This document shows positions 45,083 to 56,735 of a stretch of 59,531 bases of DNA, in pieces. The position numbers and the translations under genes were made by a program. Position 1 is the first letter of the stretch, and each line of letters begins with the position of its first letter. The DNA is from Malassezia furfur (Eukaryota). Location of the stretch: the NCBI GenBank assembly GCA_052055015.1, contig JBQJIT010000022.1, one strand, 5' to 3'. Under the pieces are notes generated by a model. That model searched no databases. It was not told the origin of the DNA and was given only the letters and a program-made list of their open reading frames with translations.

Positions 45083-46750
45083 ATGGCGGACACGCGCGCG
45101 CCGCGCGCGTCGAACAAGGACGAGTATGATGTGCTGATTGTGGGAGCGGGCGTCGTTGGTGCGTCGCTTGCTGCGGGGCTTGGTCGCGCGGGGCGCCGCG
45201 TGCTTGTCCTCGAGCGCGACCTCGAAGAGCCAGACCGCATTGTCGGCGAGCTGCTGCAGCCCGGCGGCGTGCGTGCACTGCAGCTGCTGGGCCTCGAGAG
45301 CGCGCTGCAGGGGATTGACGCGGTGCCGGTGGAGGGCTATGCGATCTTCATGGGCCAGGACGAGTCGGTGCAGATCGAGTACCCCGCGCTGCCCGAGCTG
45401 CCTTCGCGCTACGGCCGCAGCGAGCCACTTGGCCCCAATCTGCACTACGAGGGGCGCAGCTTCCACTACGGGCGCTTCATTATGGCGCTCCGTAAACTGG
45501 CTATGGACACGCCCAACGTTATGATCCGCCAGGCGGCCGTGCAAGAGCTCATCCACGCGGACCATGGCGGCGTCATCGGCGCCCGTGCGGGGGGCGAAGA
45601 CTTCCACGCGAAAGTCACGGTGGTGGCCGACGGGTGTTTCTCCAAGTTCCGCAAGACGTACGGCGGATCGTACAAGCCCGTGGTGCGCTCGCACTTTGTC
45701 GGCCTCGAGCTGCCGCCGGACGTCGCGGTGGCCAAGCACCATGGCCATGTCATCCTCAACAAAAACACCGGCAAGGACGGCAAGCGGCCGGTGGGCCCCG
45801 TGCTCGTGTACCAGATCGGCTCGGATGCGACGCGCATCCTGGTCGACGTGCCGGGCCCGACGCTGCCGTCGCTCCAGTCGGGCGAGCTGCACAAGTACCT
45901 CGAGGCGGACATTGCGCCGCAGCTCCCGGGCGACATTGGCAAGGCGCTCGTCGCCGAACTCGCCAAGGGCGCGCGGCCACGCAGTATGCCCAACAACTTC
46001 CTCCCCCCCAACGTCCAGGGTCAGTCGCCGCACCAGCGTGGGCTGATCGTGGTGGGCGACGCGATGAACATGCGGCATCCGCTGACCGGTGGTGGCATGA
46101 CGGTCGCGCTGTGGGATGTAGCGTTCCTGACGCACATTCTCGGCACCGGTACGTGGTCGCCGCTGGCCAACTACCCGTCTGGGTTCTCCGTGCCGCGTGC
46201 CGCGCGCAACCTGGACGACTGGGACGCGATCAAGCCAGTGCTGCGCACGTGGCACTGGCAACGCAAAAAGCTCGCGAGTGTGGTGAATGTGCTCGCGCAG
46301 GCACTGTACAGCCTGTTTGGTGTGCCGGACGACAACCTGACCGTGCTGCGCCTTGGGTGCTTCCGGTACTTTGAGTGCGGCGGCGACTGTGTCCGGAGTC
46401 CGGTGAGTCTGCTGGCGGGCTTGGCGCCGGACCCCCTGCTGCTGGTGTACCACTTCTTTGCGGTGGCCGTGTACAGCGTTCAGCTGCTTTTCGAGGGCCG
46501 GCTGCAGTCCGGTCGTAAGGGCACGCCTGCGACGCCGTCCATCGCCGCGTACCCTTACTTGTTCTGGCGCGCGCTCGTGGTGCTGTTCTATGCATGCGTG
46601 GTGATTTTCCCCGTGCTGTTCACCGAGATTCAGCTCAACGTTGCAACTGCAGCACAGCAGACGTCGTACCGCAAATACGCCCTGTACTCCGGCGCGCTCG
46701 GCATCGCGCTCTTGTGCATGGCCTTCCCCCTGCTCCGTAGTACGGCGTAG
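45083..46750 (+). CDS. ERG1: Squalene epoxidase
   Basis: GAGVVG FAD motif, EPDRIVGELLQPGG, RSFHYGRF, ADGCFSKFR, GDAMNMRHPLTGGGMTVA and C-terminal TM helices. Confidence 0.96.
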   Translation: MADTRAPRASNKDEYDVLIVGAGVVGASLAAGLGRAGRRVLVLERDLEEPDRIVGELLQPGGVRALQLLGLESALQGIDAVPVEGYAIFMGQDESVQIEYPALPELPSRYGRSEPLGPNLHYEGRSFHYGRFIMALRKLAMDTPNVMIRQAAVQELIHADHGGVIGARAGGEDFHAKVTVVADGCFSKFRKTYGGSYKPVVRSHFVGLELPPDVAVAKHHGHVILNKNTGKDGKRPVGPVLVYQIGSDATRILVDVPGPTLPSLQSGELHKYLEADIAPQLPGDIGKALVAELAKGARPRSMPNNFLPPNVQGQSPHQRGLIVVGDAMNMRHPLTGGGMTVALWDVAFLTHILGTGTWSPLANYPSGFSVPRAARNLDDWDAIKPVLRTWHWQRKKLASVVNVLAQALYSLFGVPDDNLTVLRLGCFRYFECGGDCVRSPVSLLAGLAPDPLLLVYHFFAVAVYSVQLLFEGRLQSGRKGTPATPSIAAYPYLFWRALVVLFYACVVIFPVLFTEIQLNVATAAQQTSYRKYALYSGALGIALLCMAFPLLRSTA

Positions 46751-46844
46751 CCCCCCTTGGATACCCTTCACCCCTCTGCACGTGACCTGACCCCGAAGCG
46801 CCGCGGCGGGCGCGATCGATCTGTCCTGAACTACACGGTCAATC

Positions 46845-47096
46845 ATGGCGTTCCTCGGCTTCCGTGCTTACCCTACCCCCATCCTGAAGCCCCTGTGGCC
46901 GTTCTTTGCCTCGTCGGCCATTGTGTACTACCTGCTTGCCAAGATCCAGTACTCCGGTGTGCGCTCGCCTGAGTTCGCCAAGGACCCGAAGAACCCGTAC
47001 GGTACGTTAGCCGCCCGCGGAAAGAACAAGTACTGACGCTGGGGCCAACGGGCCACTTGACGTGCAGCCAAGCAGATTGCGAAGGAGCAACACTAA
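46845..47096 (+). CDS. ATP18: Mitochondrial ATP synthase subunit j
   Basis: YPTPILKPLWPFF...EFAKDPKNP. A 66-nt intron at 47002-47067 gives ...YAKQIAKEQH*. Confidence 0.9.
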
Positions 47097-47694
47097 GCGG
47101 CGGTAATGATTCACATGCTGCGCGCTCCTCCGTAGACGCTCAATGGAACTACGGAAAACGTCATTACGGACGACGCACATGCGTGCGTACGCTCGACCTA
47201 GCAATGTCCCTTTGTCTGCCCCGCCTGTCTATGGGTCATGGGTGCCACATACACCTCGTGCGGCACTCGGTGCCGCCCGCCGTCAGAATAAGACATAGCC
47301 TGCCTCGGTGGGCGACGTTCCAAGTCACCTACACACGGCCCAGTGTCGCCCCGGCTACCCTACGGTGGCAGCCCTTTGCACATCTAACCTGCCATAGCTA
47401 CGTCTGCATATGCCGTGCGGCATGCAGCGCCGCGCGGGCGGCTTCACCCGCCCAGCGCGCACACCAGGGTGCCTGCCCGTCCGTATCGCCGCTGCCGTGC
47501 CCTTCCTATCACGTGATCTCCGGTCCGCTGCGAACCGAAGGCACCGTGCGAGCCCCGCAGGCGCTGACAAGATTATGAGCGCAGCGAATCGCATGCGAGA
47601 ATTTACCCCATGAAGCAGCCGGACGTGTGGGATACATGCGCGGAGCCGGAGGCTTCTTACCAACTATCGTCACGTCTTCCGAGCACAACCAACG

Positions 47695-49827
47695 ATGAGC
47701 ACATTCAATGTGGAAGCTGCGGAGGCACAGTGGGCCGCGCATCTGGACAAACAGATGGTGGCCGTTCCGGGAAGCAAGGAGGAAGGTTTCTCGGAGATTT
47801 ACAAGAATGCCGCCTTCCCCGAAGTGAACGCGGACAGCAACGCGTACGATCTGTTCCTCAAGGGCTACAACATGGACCCGAACGCCAAATGTCTTGGTCA
47901 CCGCCCCTGGGACGAGGCCAAGGGTGACCTGGCTGACTACTTCTCTTGGCGTACGTACGCGGACACCGAGACGGAGCGCACCGCGATCGGCTCGGCGATC
48001 AGCGCATGGGTGGAGAAGGGCATGCTGACTTCGCGCCCCGACGAGAAGGGCCATGTGGATGAGCCCGGCATGGTCGACTTCTCGGTGGCCTACTGGGGTG
48101 CGAACCGCCCTGAGGCGACCGTGGTGGCCCTGGCGCTGAACGCCTACTCGCGCTGGGCCGTGTCGCTCTACGACAACTACGACGCGGCGGTGTCGTGCTA
48201 CATTCTGCAGCACAGCAAGTCGCGTGTGCTGTTCACCACCTCGTCGTACATCCCCATTGTGCTGCGCAGTGCCGAAAAGCTCCCTTACCTCAAGGTGATT
48301 GTCATCCTCGACCGCCCTGGCCCCGCGGCGTCGGCGCACGGCGAGATTGAGAAGGAGCAGCTTGCGCGTGAGTGGGCGGCGCTGCACGGCATCCACGTGT
48401 ACAGCTACCAGGACGTGGTGAACCAGGGTCTCGCGAGCCCGCGCCCCCACATCGTGTCGAGGGACAAGAACCATGTCGATGCGCTGTGCTACACCTCGGG
48501 CACCACCGGCCTGCCGAAGGCGTCGTGCATCACGTCGGGCAACTGCGGTCTGGGTATCGAGGGCCTGCGCTACGTGGTGCTCCAGGAAAAGATGGTTGCC
48601 ATCTCGTACTTGCCCCTGGCGCACATTCTTGAACGTGGCTGGGAGCTGTTTGTGCTGCGTGTGGGTGGTGCGATCGGGTACTACTCGGGCAAGGTGGAGC
48701 GCCTGATGGAGGACCTGCAGATCCTCAAGCCGACCGCGATGCCCAGTGTGCCGCGTGTGCTGAACCGCATTGCAGGCCAGATCGAGGTGCAGCTCGAGGC
48801 CCCCGGCCTGAAGGGCTTCATGCTGCGCCGTGCTGTGAGTGCCAAACTCAAGAACTACGACGAGACGGGTGCGATCACGCACCCCTTCTGGGACCGCCTC
48901 GTGTTCCGCAAGGTGCGCGCGATGCTCGGCGGCCGGCTCAACTTTATGTTCACCGGCAGTGCGCCGTGCCGTCCCGATGTGCTCCGCCTGCTCCGCATTG
49001 CGCTGTGCGTGGATGTGCGTGAGGGCTACGGCCAGACGGAGAACTGTGCGTACGCGACGTTCATGGCGCCGCACGACCGTCACCTCGGCACCGTCGGCCC
49101 CGTGAACCCCGGCATTGAGCTGCGCCTGCGCGACTGCCCCGACCTGGGTTACACCACGAGCGACAAGCCATACCCGCGCGGTGAGATCATGTTCCGTGGG
49201 CAGACGGTGTTCACCGGCTACGCCGGCGACGAGAAGAAGACCGCCGAGACCCTCATGGAGGGCAAGGACGGCCGCGGCCCCTGGCTGCTCACGGGCGACG
49301 TCGGCCAGATCGACCAGTACGGTCGCCTGCAGATCGTCGACCGTGTCAAGAACCTGATCAAACTGGCGCAGGGTGAGTACATTGCGATCGAGCGTGTCGA
49401 GGGTCTGTTGGGCTCGCTGCCGCTTGCGCAGCAGCTGTGGCTGTACGGCGACTCGTACCAGCCGCACCTGGTCGGTGTGTGTGTGCCGGAGCCGGAGCCG
49501 TTCGCCGCGTTTGCGTCGCGCATCTTGAAGCGCTCGGTGAGCGCTAGCGACCAGAAGGCGCTGGAGGAGGCCGCTGCGGACCCGGCGGTGAACGAGGCGT
49601 TCCTGCGCGAGTTCATCAAGCTCGGCAAGCGCGAGAAGCTCGGCACCCTCGAGCAGATGCGCGCGCTGAAGCTGCGCATGGACCCCTTCACGCCCGAGAA
49701 CGGGCTGATGACCCCGACGCTCAAGATCAAGCGCCAGGAGGCCGCGAAGCTACTCAAGAAGGACCTCGACGAGCTGTACTCGCACCCTCCTTACGACCTC
49801 AGCAAAGTGAACAATGCCAAGCTCTAA
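47695..49827 (+). CDS. Long-chain fatty acyl-CoA synthetase with PTS1 (peroxisomal, Faa2-like)
   Basis: YTSGTTGLPK, SYLPLAHILER, EGYGQTE, TGDVG, DRVKNLIKLAQGEYIA, TPTLKIKR and C-terminal AKL. Confidence 0.93.
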   Translation: MSTFNVEAAEAQWAAHLDKQMVAVPGSKEEGFSEIYKNAAFPEVNADSNAYDLFLKGYNMDPNAKCLGHRPWDEAKGDLADYFSWRTYADTETERTAIGSAISAWVEKGMLTSRPDEKGHVDEPGMVDFSVAYWGANRPEATVVALALNAYSRWAVSLYDNYDAAVSCYILQHSKSRVLFTTSSYIPIVLRSAEKLPYLKVIVILDRPGPAASAHGEIEKEQLAREWAALHGIHVYSYQDVVNQGLASPRPHIVSRDKNHVDALCYTSGTTGLPKASCITSGNCGLGIEGLRYVVLQEKMVAISYLPLAHILERGWELFVLRVGGAIGYYSGKVERLMEDLQILKPTAMPSVPRVLNRIAGQIEVQLEAPGLKGFMLRRAVSAKLKNYDETGAITHPFWDRLVFRKVRAMLGGRLNFMFTGSAPCRPDVLRLLRIALCVDVREGYGQTENCAYATFMAPHDRHLGTVGPVNPGIELRLRDCPDLGYTTSDKPYPRGEIMFRGQTVFTGYAGDEKKTAETLMEGKDGRGPWLLTGDVGQIDQYGRLQIVDRVKNLIKLAQGEYIAIERVEGLLGSLPLAQQLWLYGDSYQPHLVGVCVPEPEPFAAFASRILKRSVSASDQKALEEAAADPAVNEAFLREFIKLGKREKLGTLEQMRALKLRMDPFTPENGLMTPTLKIKRQEAAKLLKKDLDELYSHPPYDLSKVNNAKL

Positions 49828-49851
49828 ATAGCTGTCCCCCTCGCATATATG

Positions 49852-52800
49852 CTACACAATGATCTGTTTAGAAAACAAGTCGGCGATCACGCCAAACCCG
49901 TCGTCCGCCTCCTGCACCTCGTGGCGCACCAGCTCATCGTCGCCCACGACCGCCAGGCTCTGTTGCAGGTCGCGCAGCGTGTCGTGCGCGCGAGCGCACA
50001 GGGGGCACTCGCGCGCGTCGTCCCCGTCGGGCAGGCAGCGCCGGTGGAAGCTATGCTTGCACATGAAGTGCACGCTCGGCAGCGACAGCGGGCCGTGGCA
50101 CACGCCGCACTCGTTGTTCTGGAAGACAACGGGCGTGTCATCCGTGGCGAGCTCCGCGAGGGCCGCCTCCTTGGCGAGGATCTCTTTTTCGTAGGAGTGG
50201 ATGAGTTTGTGCATCCCATCGAGCTCTGCGTCGTCCTGGCGCGCGTGGCGCTCCAGGTACGCGGCGATCTCGCCCAGCTCCACGACCCCCGACGCCGACA
50301 CGCGCTGCACCACCTCGAGCGGGCTCAGCAGGCCGCGCGCGTCGATCTCATCGAGCACGCGCGCAAAGTCGGCGCGGTGTGCGTGCAGCACCGCCGCGGA
50401 CGACGCAAGGAACTGCAGCACGCGCACGTACACGTGCGGGTGCGACGCGCCAAACGTGTCGAGGGCCGCAATGAGCGCCGCGGGAGCCTCGTCGTCGCCG
50501 TGCTCGCTCGCGTGCACCCAGTGCTCGACCACGGCGTCGACCATGCCGAGCCGCTCGTACAAAAAGAGCAGGCCGGGCGTGCACTGCTCCGTGGTGCACA
50601 ACATGAGCGCATGCTCGACCGTGTACGGGAAGCGCGCGGGGTGGTACAGGAGGTAGAGTGCTTTGTCCCGCGCATGCGCCGAGGTGAGGTACAGCTCGAG
50701 CAGCGTGTCGTACACGAGCTGCTCGTCCGGCTCCGCGGGCGGTGCATCCGCGGGCGCGGGATCCGGTGTGCCGGGCGCGTCGGCGATCGCCTTGCCCCAG
50801 CGCCGCGCGGCGAACTGCTCGCAAAAGTGCGTGAGCATCGCCTCGTGGCCCACAAAGTGCGAAAAGAGCGGCGCGGGCGTCGGCACCTGCGATGTGCCCT
50901 CCTGCGCAATGGGGCGCGTGTACAGCGTCAAGAGCATCGCCGTCGTCGCCTCGGGCAGCGCGTCGAGCAGCACGTGGGCGTACTGCCGCGCGTACAGCTC
51001 TGCGAGCGCCGGCGGGAGCTGCGCGAGGTACTCGATCGCCTCGTGCGCATTGCGCTCGTCGCGCAGCTGGATCTCGAGATACTCGTCGTGGTACTCGTAT
51101 GTCTTGGCGAGGTACGCCGCCTGCGCCAAGCACCCGCCGCGCCGACAAACAGCGATCGCGACGCGCACGTCGAACGGCAGCGCATCGCGTGTGGGCGTCG
51201 CGTCCGTGTCTGCGCACGTGGTGGGTGCGCGGAGGAAGGCGTCGAGCGCCGCGGTGTCGTGCAGCTTCGTGAAGCAGTTCAGCAGGAGCGTCGTGTGGTC
51301 GGCGTTCGCCAGGCCGCGCGCGTGCAATGCCTGCAGGTAGCCGGTGAGGAACTGCAGGCGCTGCGCGTCGAGAAACTTGCGAATCACGTAGCTGGGCGAC
51401 ACGACGCCGATCGTCTTGATGAACTGCAGCATGGCGCCCTCAAAGTCACCCTTGGCGTACAGATGGTCGCCGTACCGCCGGAAGACGTCGGCGACGAGCA
51501 GGTCGACGGGCGCAATCACGCGGCGGTCCTGTGGGCGCGGCGGGATGATCATCGCGCTCGGCGTCAGGCCCGGCAGGCGCGCGTGCGGGAAGCGCAGCGC
51601 ACGCGCACGCACAAACTGCACCGCGAGCAGGTAGAGGTGCGTGCGGAAGAGGTGCTCGAGCTTGTCCTTCAGCGACACCTCCTCCAGGCGGAAGAGCTGG
51701 GCGCGCTCAGTCAGCACACACACAAAGGCCGCGGGCTCCTGGCCGGATACAGGCGCCTCGGTGTTGCTCGTCCAGAGCGACGCGACGCCGGCATGCACGG
51801 CGCCGGTGTACGTCACACACTTGGTATCCAGGTCAAAGATGGTCAGCCGCTTGGCCGCGCCCGACGTCCCGCGGGCACTGTCCAGCATAGCAGGGCGGTC
51901 CATGCGCATCTCGTGCTTCGTCGGCTCCGAGAGCACCACGAGCTGCCCATGCAGCGGCAGCAGACGCAGCTTGGGGCCCTCGAGCGCGATCGACGCCTCG
52001 CGGCCCCCGGCACCGACGACGTACAGCGCCTCGTCCCGCGCCAGCACGAGCTTGTGCGAGAGTACGGGGGCGGCGGTGCCGGCGCGTGCGTCGCTGGGCG
52101 CGTCGCTGGCGTCGGTCGCTGCGTCCAACGCCCCGTCGGCCACGGCACGAAACTTGGCTACACAGTTCGGGGCACACCCGTTCATGTCAATCACCGTCGG
52201 CGCATTCCCAGCACCAGGACCGAGCACCGTGTAGCGCAGCACCTTGGACACGGTCGCAATCAGCAGGTGCACATGGCCGCCCGCCTCGGCAAACGCCAGG
52301 CCCGACACGGTGTCGGGCACCTCGTCGTTGCCCGGCTCGTCGACGTTCGCCGCATTGCGCGCGACCTTAACGCGCAGCTGCCCGCCCTCTGCAGCCACGG
52401 TGGCAGCGTCGCGCACAAGCAGAACCTTGCCATCCTCAAAGCCTGCGGCGACAAACGACAGGCGGGCGTCGACGTCCAGTCGGCACACGCGGCTGATGTG
52501 CGCGCCGTGCTGCAGCCGCGCCTGCGCCAGAACGCTCGGCACAAACGTCTGCTCGTCGACGTGCGCGATGCGCCAGATGCGCAGCAGCGGCGGCTGGTCC
52601 GGCCCGTCGCACCCCACCGTCACCAGCGTCGGGCCGTCCGCCGCGACCGCGAGCGCCTGCACATGGTGCTCGTGTGCGCGCCAGGATATGCGTGCGGTGT
52701 GTGTATAGGCATCCATCACACGCACCTCGCCCTGATCTAGGCCCACCACGAGCGCGCCACGCGGACCCGCCCAGCCCTCGGCGTCGGGCGCGACGTACAC

Positions 52801-52953
52801 GACATCGACGATGCCAGATGTTGGCACAGACGGCGGCAGCGGTACGTGCTCGGCATCCGCAGTTGGTCGTGCATGGAAGAAGCTGAAGCTACGCCACGAC
52901 GGCAGCACCGTGTCGGCGTGCTTCGCCGCGGACGACCGCGAACTGGTCGACAT
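49852..52953 (-). CDS. VPS11: HOPS/CORVET core subunit Vps11 (Pep5)
   Basis: WRSFSFF N-terminus, YGDHLYAKGDF, PSYVIRKFLDAQR, DHTTLLLNC and C-terminal RING CGVC...HFMCKHSFHRRC...CPLC. Confidence 0.94.
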   Translation of the reverse strand: MSTSSRSSAAKHADTVLPSWRSFSFFHARPTADAEHVPLPPSVPTSGIVDVVYVAPDAEGWAGPRGALVVGLDQGEVRVMDAYTHTARISWRAHEHHVQALAVAADGPTLVTVGCDGPDQPPLLRIWRIAHVDEQTFVPSVLAQARLQHGAHISRVCRLDVDARLSFVAAGFEDGKVLLVRDAATVAAEGGQLRVKVARNAANVDEPGNDEVPDTVSGLAFAEAGGHVHLLIATVSKVLRYTVLGPGAGNAPTVIDMNGCAPNCVAKFRAVADGALDAATDASDAPSDARAGTAAPVLSHKLVLARDEALYVVGAGGREASIALEGPKLRLLPLHGQLVVLSEPTKHEMRMDRPAMLDSARGTSGAAKRLTIFDLDTKCVTYTGAVHAGVASLWTSNTEAPVSGQEPAAFVCVLTERAQLFRLEEVSLKDKLEHLFRTHLYLLAVQFVRARALRFPHARLPGLTPSAMIIPPRPQDRRVIAPVDLLVADVFRRYGDHLYAKGDFEGAMLQFIKTIGVVSPSYVIRKFLDAQRLQFLTGYLQALHARGLANADHTTLLLNCFTKLHDTAALDAFLRAPTTCADTDATPTRDALPFDVRVAIAVCRRGGCLAQAAYLAKTYEYHDEYLEIQLRDERNAHEAIEYLAQLPPALAELYARQYAHVLLDALPEATTAMLLTLYTRPIAQEGTSQVPTPAPLFSHFVGHEAMLTHFCEQFAARRWGKAIADAPGTPDPAPADAPPAEPDEQLVYDTLLELYLTSAHARDKALYLLYHPARFPYTVEHALMLCTTEQCTPGLLFLYERLGMVDAVVEHWVHASEHGDDEAPAALIAALDTFGASHPHVYVRVLQFLASSAAVLHAHRADFARVLDEIDARGLLSPLEVVQRVSASGVVELGEIAAYLERHARQDDAELDGMHKLIHSYEKEILAKEAALAELATDDTPVVFQNNECGVCHGPLSLPSVHFMCKHSFHRRCLPDGDDARECPLCARAHDTLRDLQQSLAVVGDDELVRHEVQEADDGFGVIADLFSKQIIV

Positions 52954-53244
52954 CCGTGCCCCGGCGACCGGTGTTGTGGAGGAGCGACGCACAGCGCAAC
53001 GGCACGTCCAAAACACTTAAGGGGAGGCGATTGCATGCGCCAAACTCTGCTGGCCGACTACAGGAACTAGAAGGGATCACCCGTGTAGACAGCATGTGCA
53101 TGGTCATGACACGGTGAGACTAGGGACGCGGCGCATCTCAACCAGAAAATTAATGGGACATCAAACCACGCCCTAGTGCGTCGGATACCGAAATCAATGT
53201 CAGGCCAGCGTTGAAACGACTAGGCAACCAGGTCCGGGACACGC

Positions 53245-53933
53245 TTAGAGCAGCACGGCACCACCAGCAACCATGGCAACGGCGGCGACGGCAGCGGGCA
53301 CAGCGTACTTGGACGCGCTGCCGCTCGTGGCCCGGTTGATCTTGTCCGAGGGCTCGAAGTTAGGGTCGCCGCCGGCGGCGCTAATGCTGCGAATGATACC
53401 CTCGTAGAAGGACTGTGGTTAGCATACATGGGGACCCGTGCACACGTACGTAGACAATGTCCGACTTCGAGGCGGTCACCGTAGGGTAGTACTTGATCAC
53501 CGACTCGGCCATCTTGTCCGCGGCCTCGCTCACGCCCTGGGCCTGGGGGCCAGCCGTGTGCTCACCGATGAAGTAGCTCACCAGCGAAGAGACTGTTATG
53601 GTCAGTTTGCGACTGTGTCAACATACGGTTGTAGGGGGGCACGGTGGTCGAGCTGAACTGGCAGTCAGCCTGGTGCACGTTGGGCTCGAACAGGGCCGAG
53701 CACACACCGCTCGAGGCACCCGAGCCCTCGCTGCCCTGAGCCTGCGAGCTCGACGAGCTGGGGGCAGCGCTGGGCGAAGCCGACGAAGCGGGGGCCGCCG
53801 ACGAAGCGGGGGCCTCCGACGAAGCGGGAGCCTCCGACGAAGCCGGAGCCGCAGCAGACGACGAGGGGTCCTGAGCAAAGGCACCGGCAACGGCGACAGC
53901 AAGAAGAGCAAGAGGGGCGCTAAGCTTCACCAT
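53245..53933 (-). CDS. Secreted Ser/Ala-rich protein with predicted GPI-anchor signal, 3 exons
   Basis: Signal peptide MVKLSAPLALLAVAVAGAFA. Introns 53593-53626 and 53413-53449 give a C-terminus ...TSGSASKYAVPAAVAAVAMVAGGAVLL*. Confidence 0.8.
53781..53850 (-). repeat. Four copies of an 18-nt coding repeat (APASS[E/A])
   Basis: cgacgaagc(g/c)gg(g/a)gcc repeated at 18-nt period. Confidence 0.85.
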
Positions 53934-54586
53934 GGTAACAAACGGGGAGTGCTGGTGCGGTGGGAAAACAAGGGAAACGGCACTGGGTTTTCTATCAGCG
54001 GGCGACAGCCACTGAGTCGGTTTTGGTCGGATATGGGTCACCAAACAACACACATCCTATTAAATCCATTCCCATTGCACATCGACATTTGCGGAAGGCA
54101 CATACATCGGCCGATGGGAGGGAACGGCTGCCACTCGCTGGCCTAATGCGCACATTTCATCTGCGGTATGGGCAGGATCGGCGGGTTGTGTCAATAACTG
54201 GTAGATGGTGCACAGGCGATTGGCCTGCCTACTGCATAAAGCTGCGGCATTCTGCATTGCGATAAACACGGACAAAAGCCCGCGCGGTTACGCGGCCCTC
54301 GTCATTTTTATTCACTCGGCCGAGGTTCGTGTGTGGAGAGACACCCCGTTGCTGGCGGAGTTGCTCGCCAAAGTCCGCCGCACGGGGCGCGTGCGCGCGG
54401 CAAAGACGCAAGCGTCCGCGTTCTTCCGCGTTCGTACACGCGTTCCTACGCGCGTCCATGCAGGTACGCGGGCGCTCGTGAAGCGCCTTACGCGCTACCA
54501 CGTAGTGGTCACGAAGGTCGAGAGAGTTTCACAGCGATGAACCAAAAAAAGATACAGGAGTCACGGCCTATACAGGTATCGAGTCG

Positions 54587-55364
<778 letters not shown>

Positions 55365-55681
55365 GATAGACGAACGCGACACAGAATGATGCGATGCCTG
55401 AACTCGTAACAACGCTTAGCGTACCTCCACCGTGCACGTGATGCTGACGGCTCATGGCGGCGCACGCGCCCACGCTGAGTGCCGCGCGGACAGGGTGGGG
55501 TTTCAATACTCTATGGGGCTCGCGGCATCTGCGTGCGTGCTTGTGCCGGGTGCGTCAGTGAGGGGTGTTTGGGTCGCTTTGCACATATGGCGATTTTCTG
55601 TCTCCCTATATGGCTTCTAGTGTAGGTAGGCGAATTGGAAGAATGTGCCCGATTTGTTGAATTCTCCACATTCTCACGACG

Positions 55682-56696
55682 ATGCTTCTGGTGCCAAGGC
55701 TCGCAAGCTTGCGAGCTGGTGTGCGCCTTTCGCGTGTGCGCCTTGATACCCCATACGTTGGGCCACACGTACCGCACAGGCTGGCATCGAGCGAGACCGA
55801 TCCCAAGCATGGCCGGGCAAAGGATGCGAGAGCAGCGGAGCGTGACACTTCGTCTACGCCCAAAGCAGATCAGCCTGCGGAGCCGTCGTTCACCACGTCG
55901 ACGTCGAAACGTGCCGCGGAAACGGACAAGCTGCCGCTCCCCTACCTTTCACGCCCCCTTGGTGTGAGTGGGCGTCCCACGAGCGAGACACCGACATGGC
56001 TGGAGCGGCACCCTGAGTGGTTCGACCGCGAGGTGCGGCTCGAGAAGCGCAAGCAGATTGTCCAAGAGGCGACGCGCGGCTACTTCCATGACTTCCACGA
56101 GATGCGCTCGCACGGTGGCAAGACATGGCGGAGCCCGAATACCATGATCCGGCACGATGTACGTTCGAATCTTGTGTGTGTACTTACCCCACCAGAAAGC
56201 GCTCTTTTTCCCGGATGTGATGGGCACCTGCCTGGCCGACCGGAGCAAGAAGCACACGGCCGATATGCTGTTTGGAAAAGTGTCGGTGGTCGCCATCATG
56301 ACCTCCAAAGTGTCGGAAGAGCATACCCGGAGTTTCTACCAAGCGACGCTCGACCGGTTCGACGACAATCCGAATTTCCAGCTCGTTCAAATCAACCTAC
56401 AAGAGAACAAGCTGAAGGCGTACCTCATTACGCTCTTCCTATCGACGCTGCGCTCGCAGATCCCCGAGAAGCTCCAAGCGACCTACCTGCTGAGCCAGCA
56501 GAGCATGAACGATATGCGCCATGACCTCGGGCTGGACAACAAGCACGTGGGGTACACGTATCTTGTGGGCCCCGACGGCAAGATCCGATGGGCGGGCAGT
56601 GCGTTTGCCGAGCCGGACGAGTCCAAGGCGCTCGTGGCCTGTACCGCCGTGCTGCTCGACCGCCTGGCCAGCGGCGCCGGCCAACGTGCCACGTGA
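55682..56696 (+). CDS. ATP10: Mitochondrial ATP synthase assembly factor Atp10
   Basis: Presequence, LSRPLGV, GYFHD, GGKTW, ALFFP and NKHVGYTYLV...KIRWAGS. Intron 56159-56195. Confidence 0.9.
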
Positions 56697-56735
56697 CATA
56701 GACAAAAAAAGTAGGTTGCCTCGTTGCTTCACGGC

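Noticed and set aside
45083..49827. Possible lipid or secondary-metabolite cluster (ERG1 plus acyl-CoA synthetase)
   Set aside because: These are primary-metabolism genes separated by ATP18, with no backbone synthase, tailoring set or transporter.
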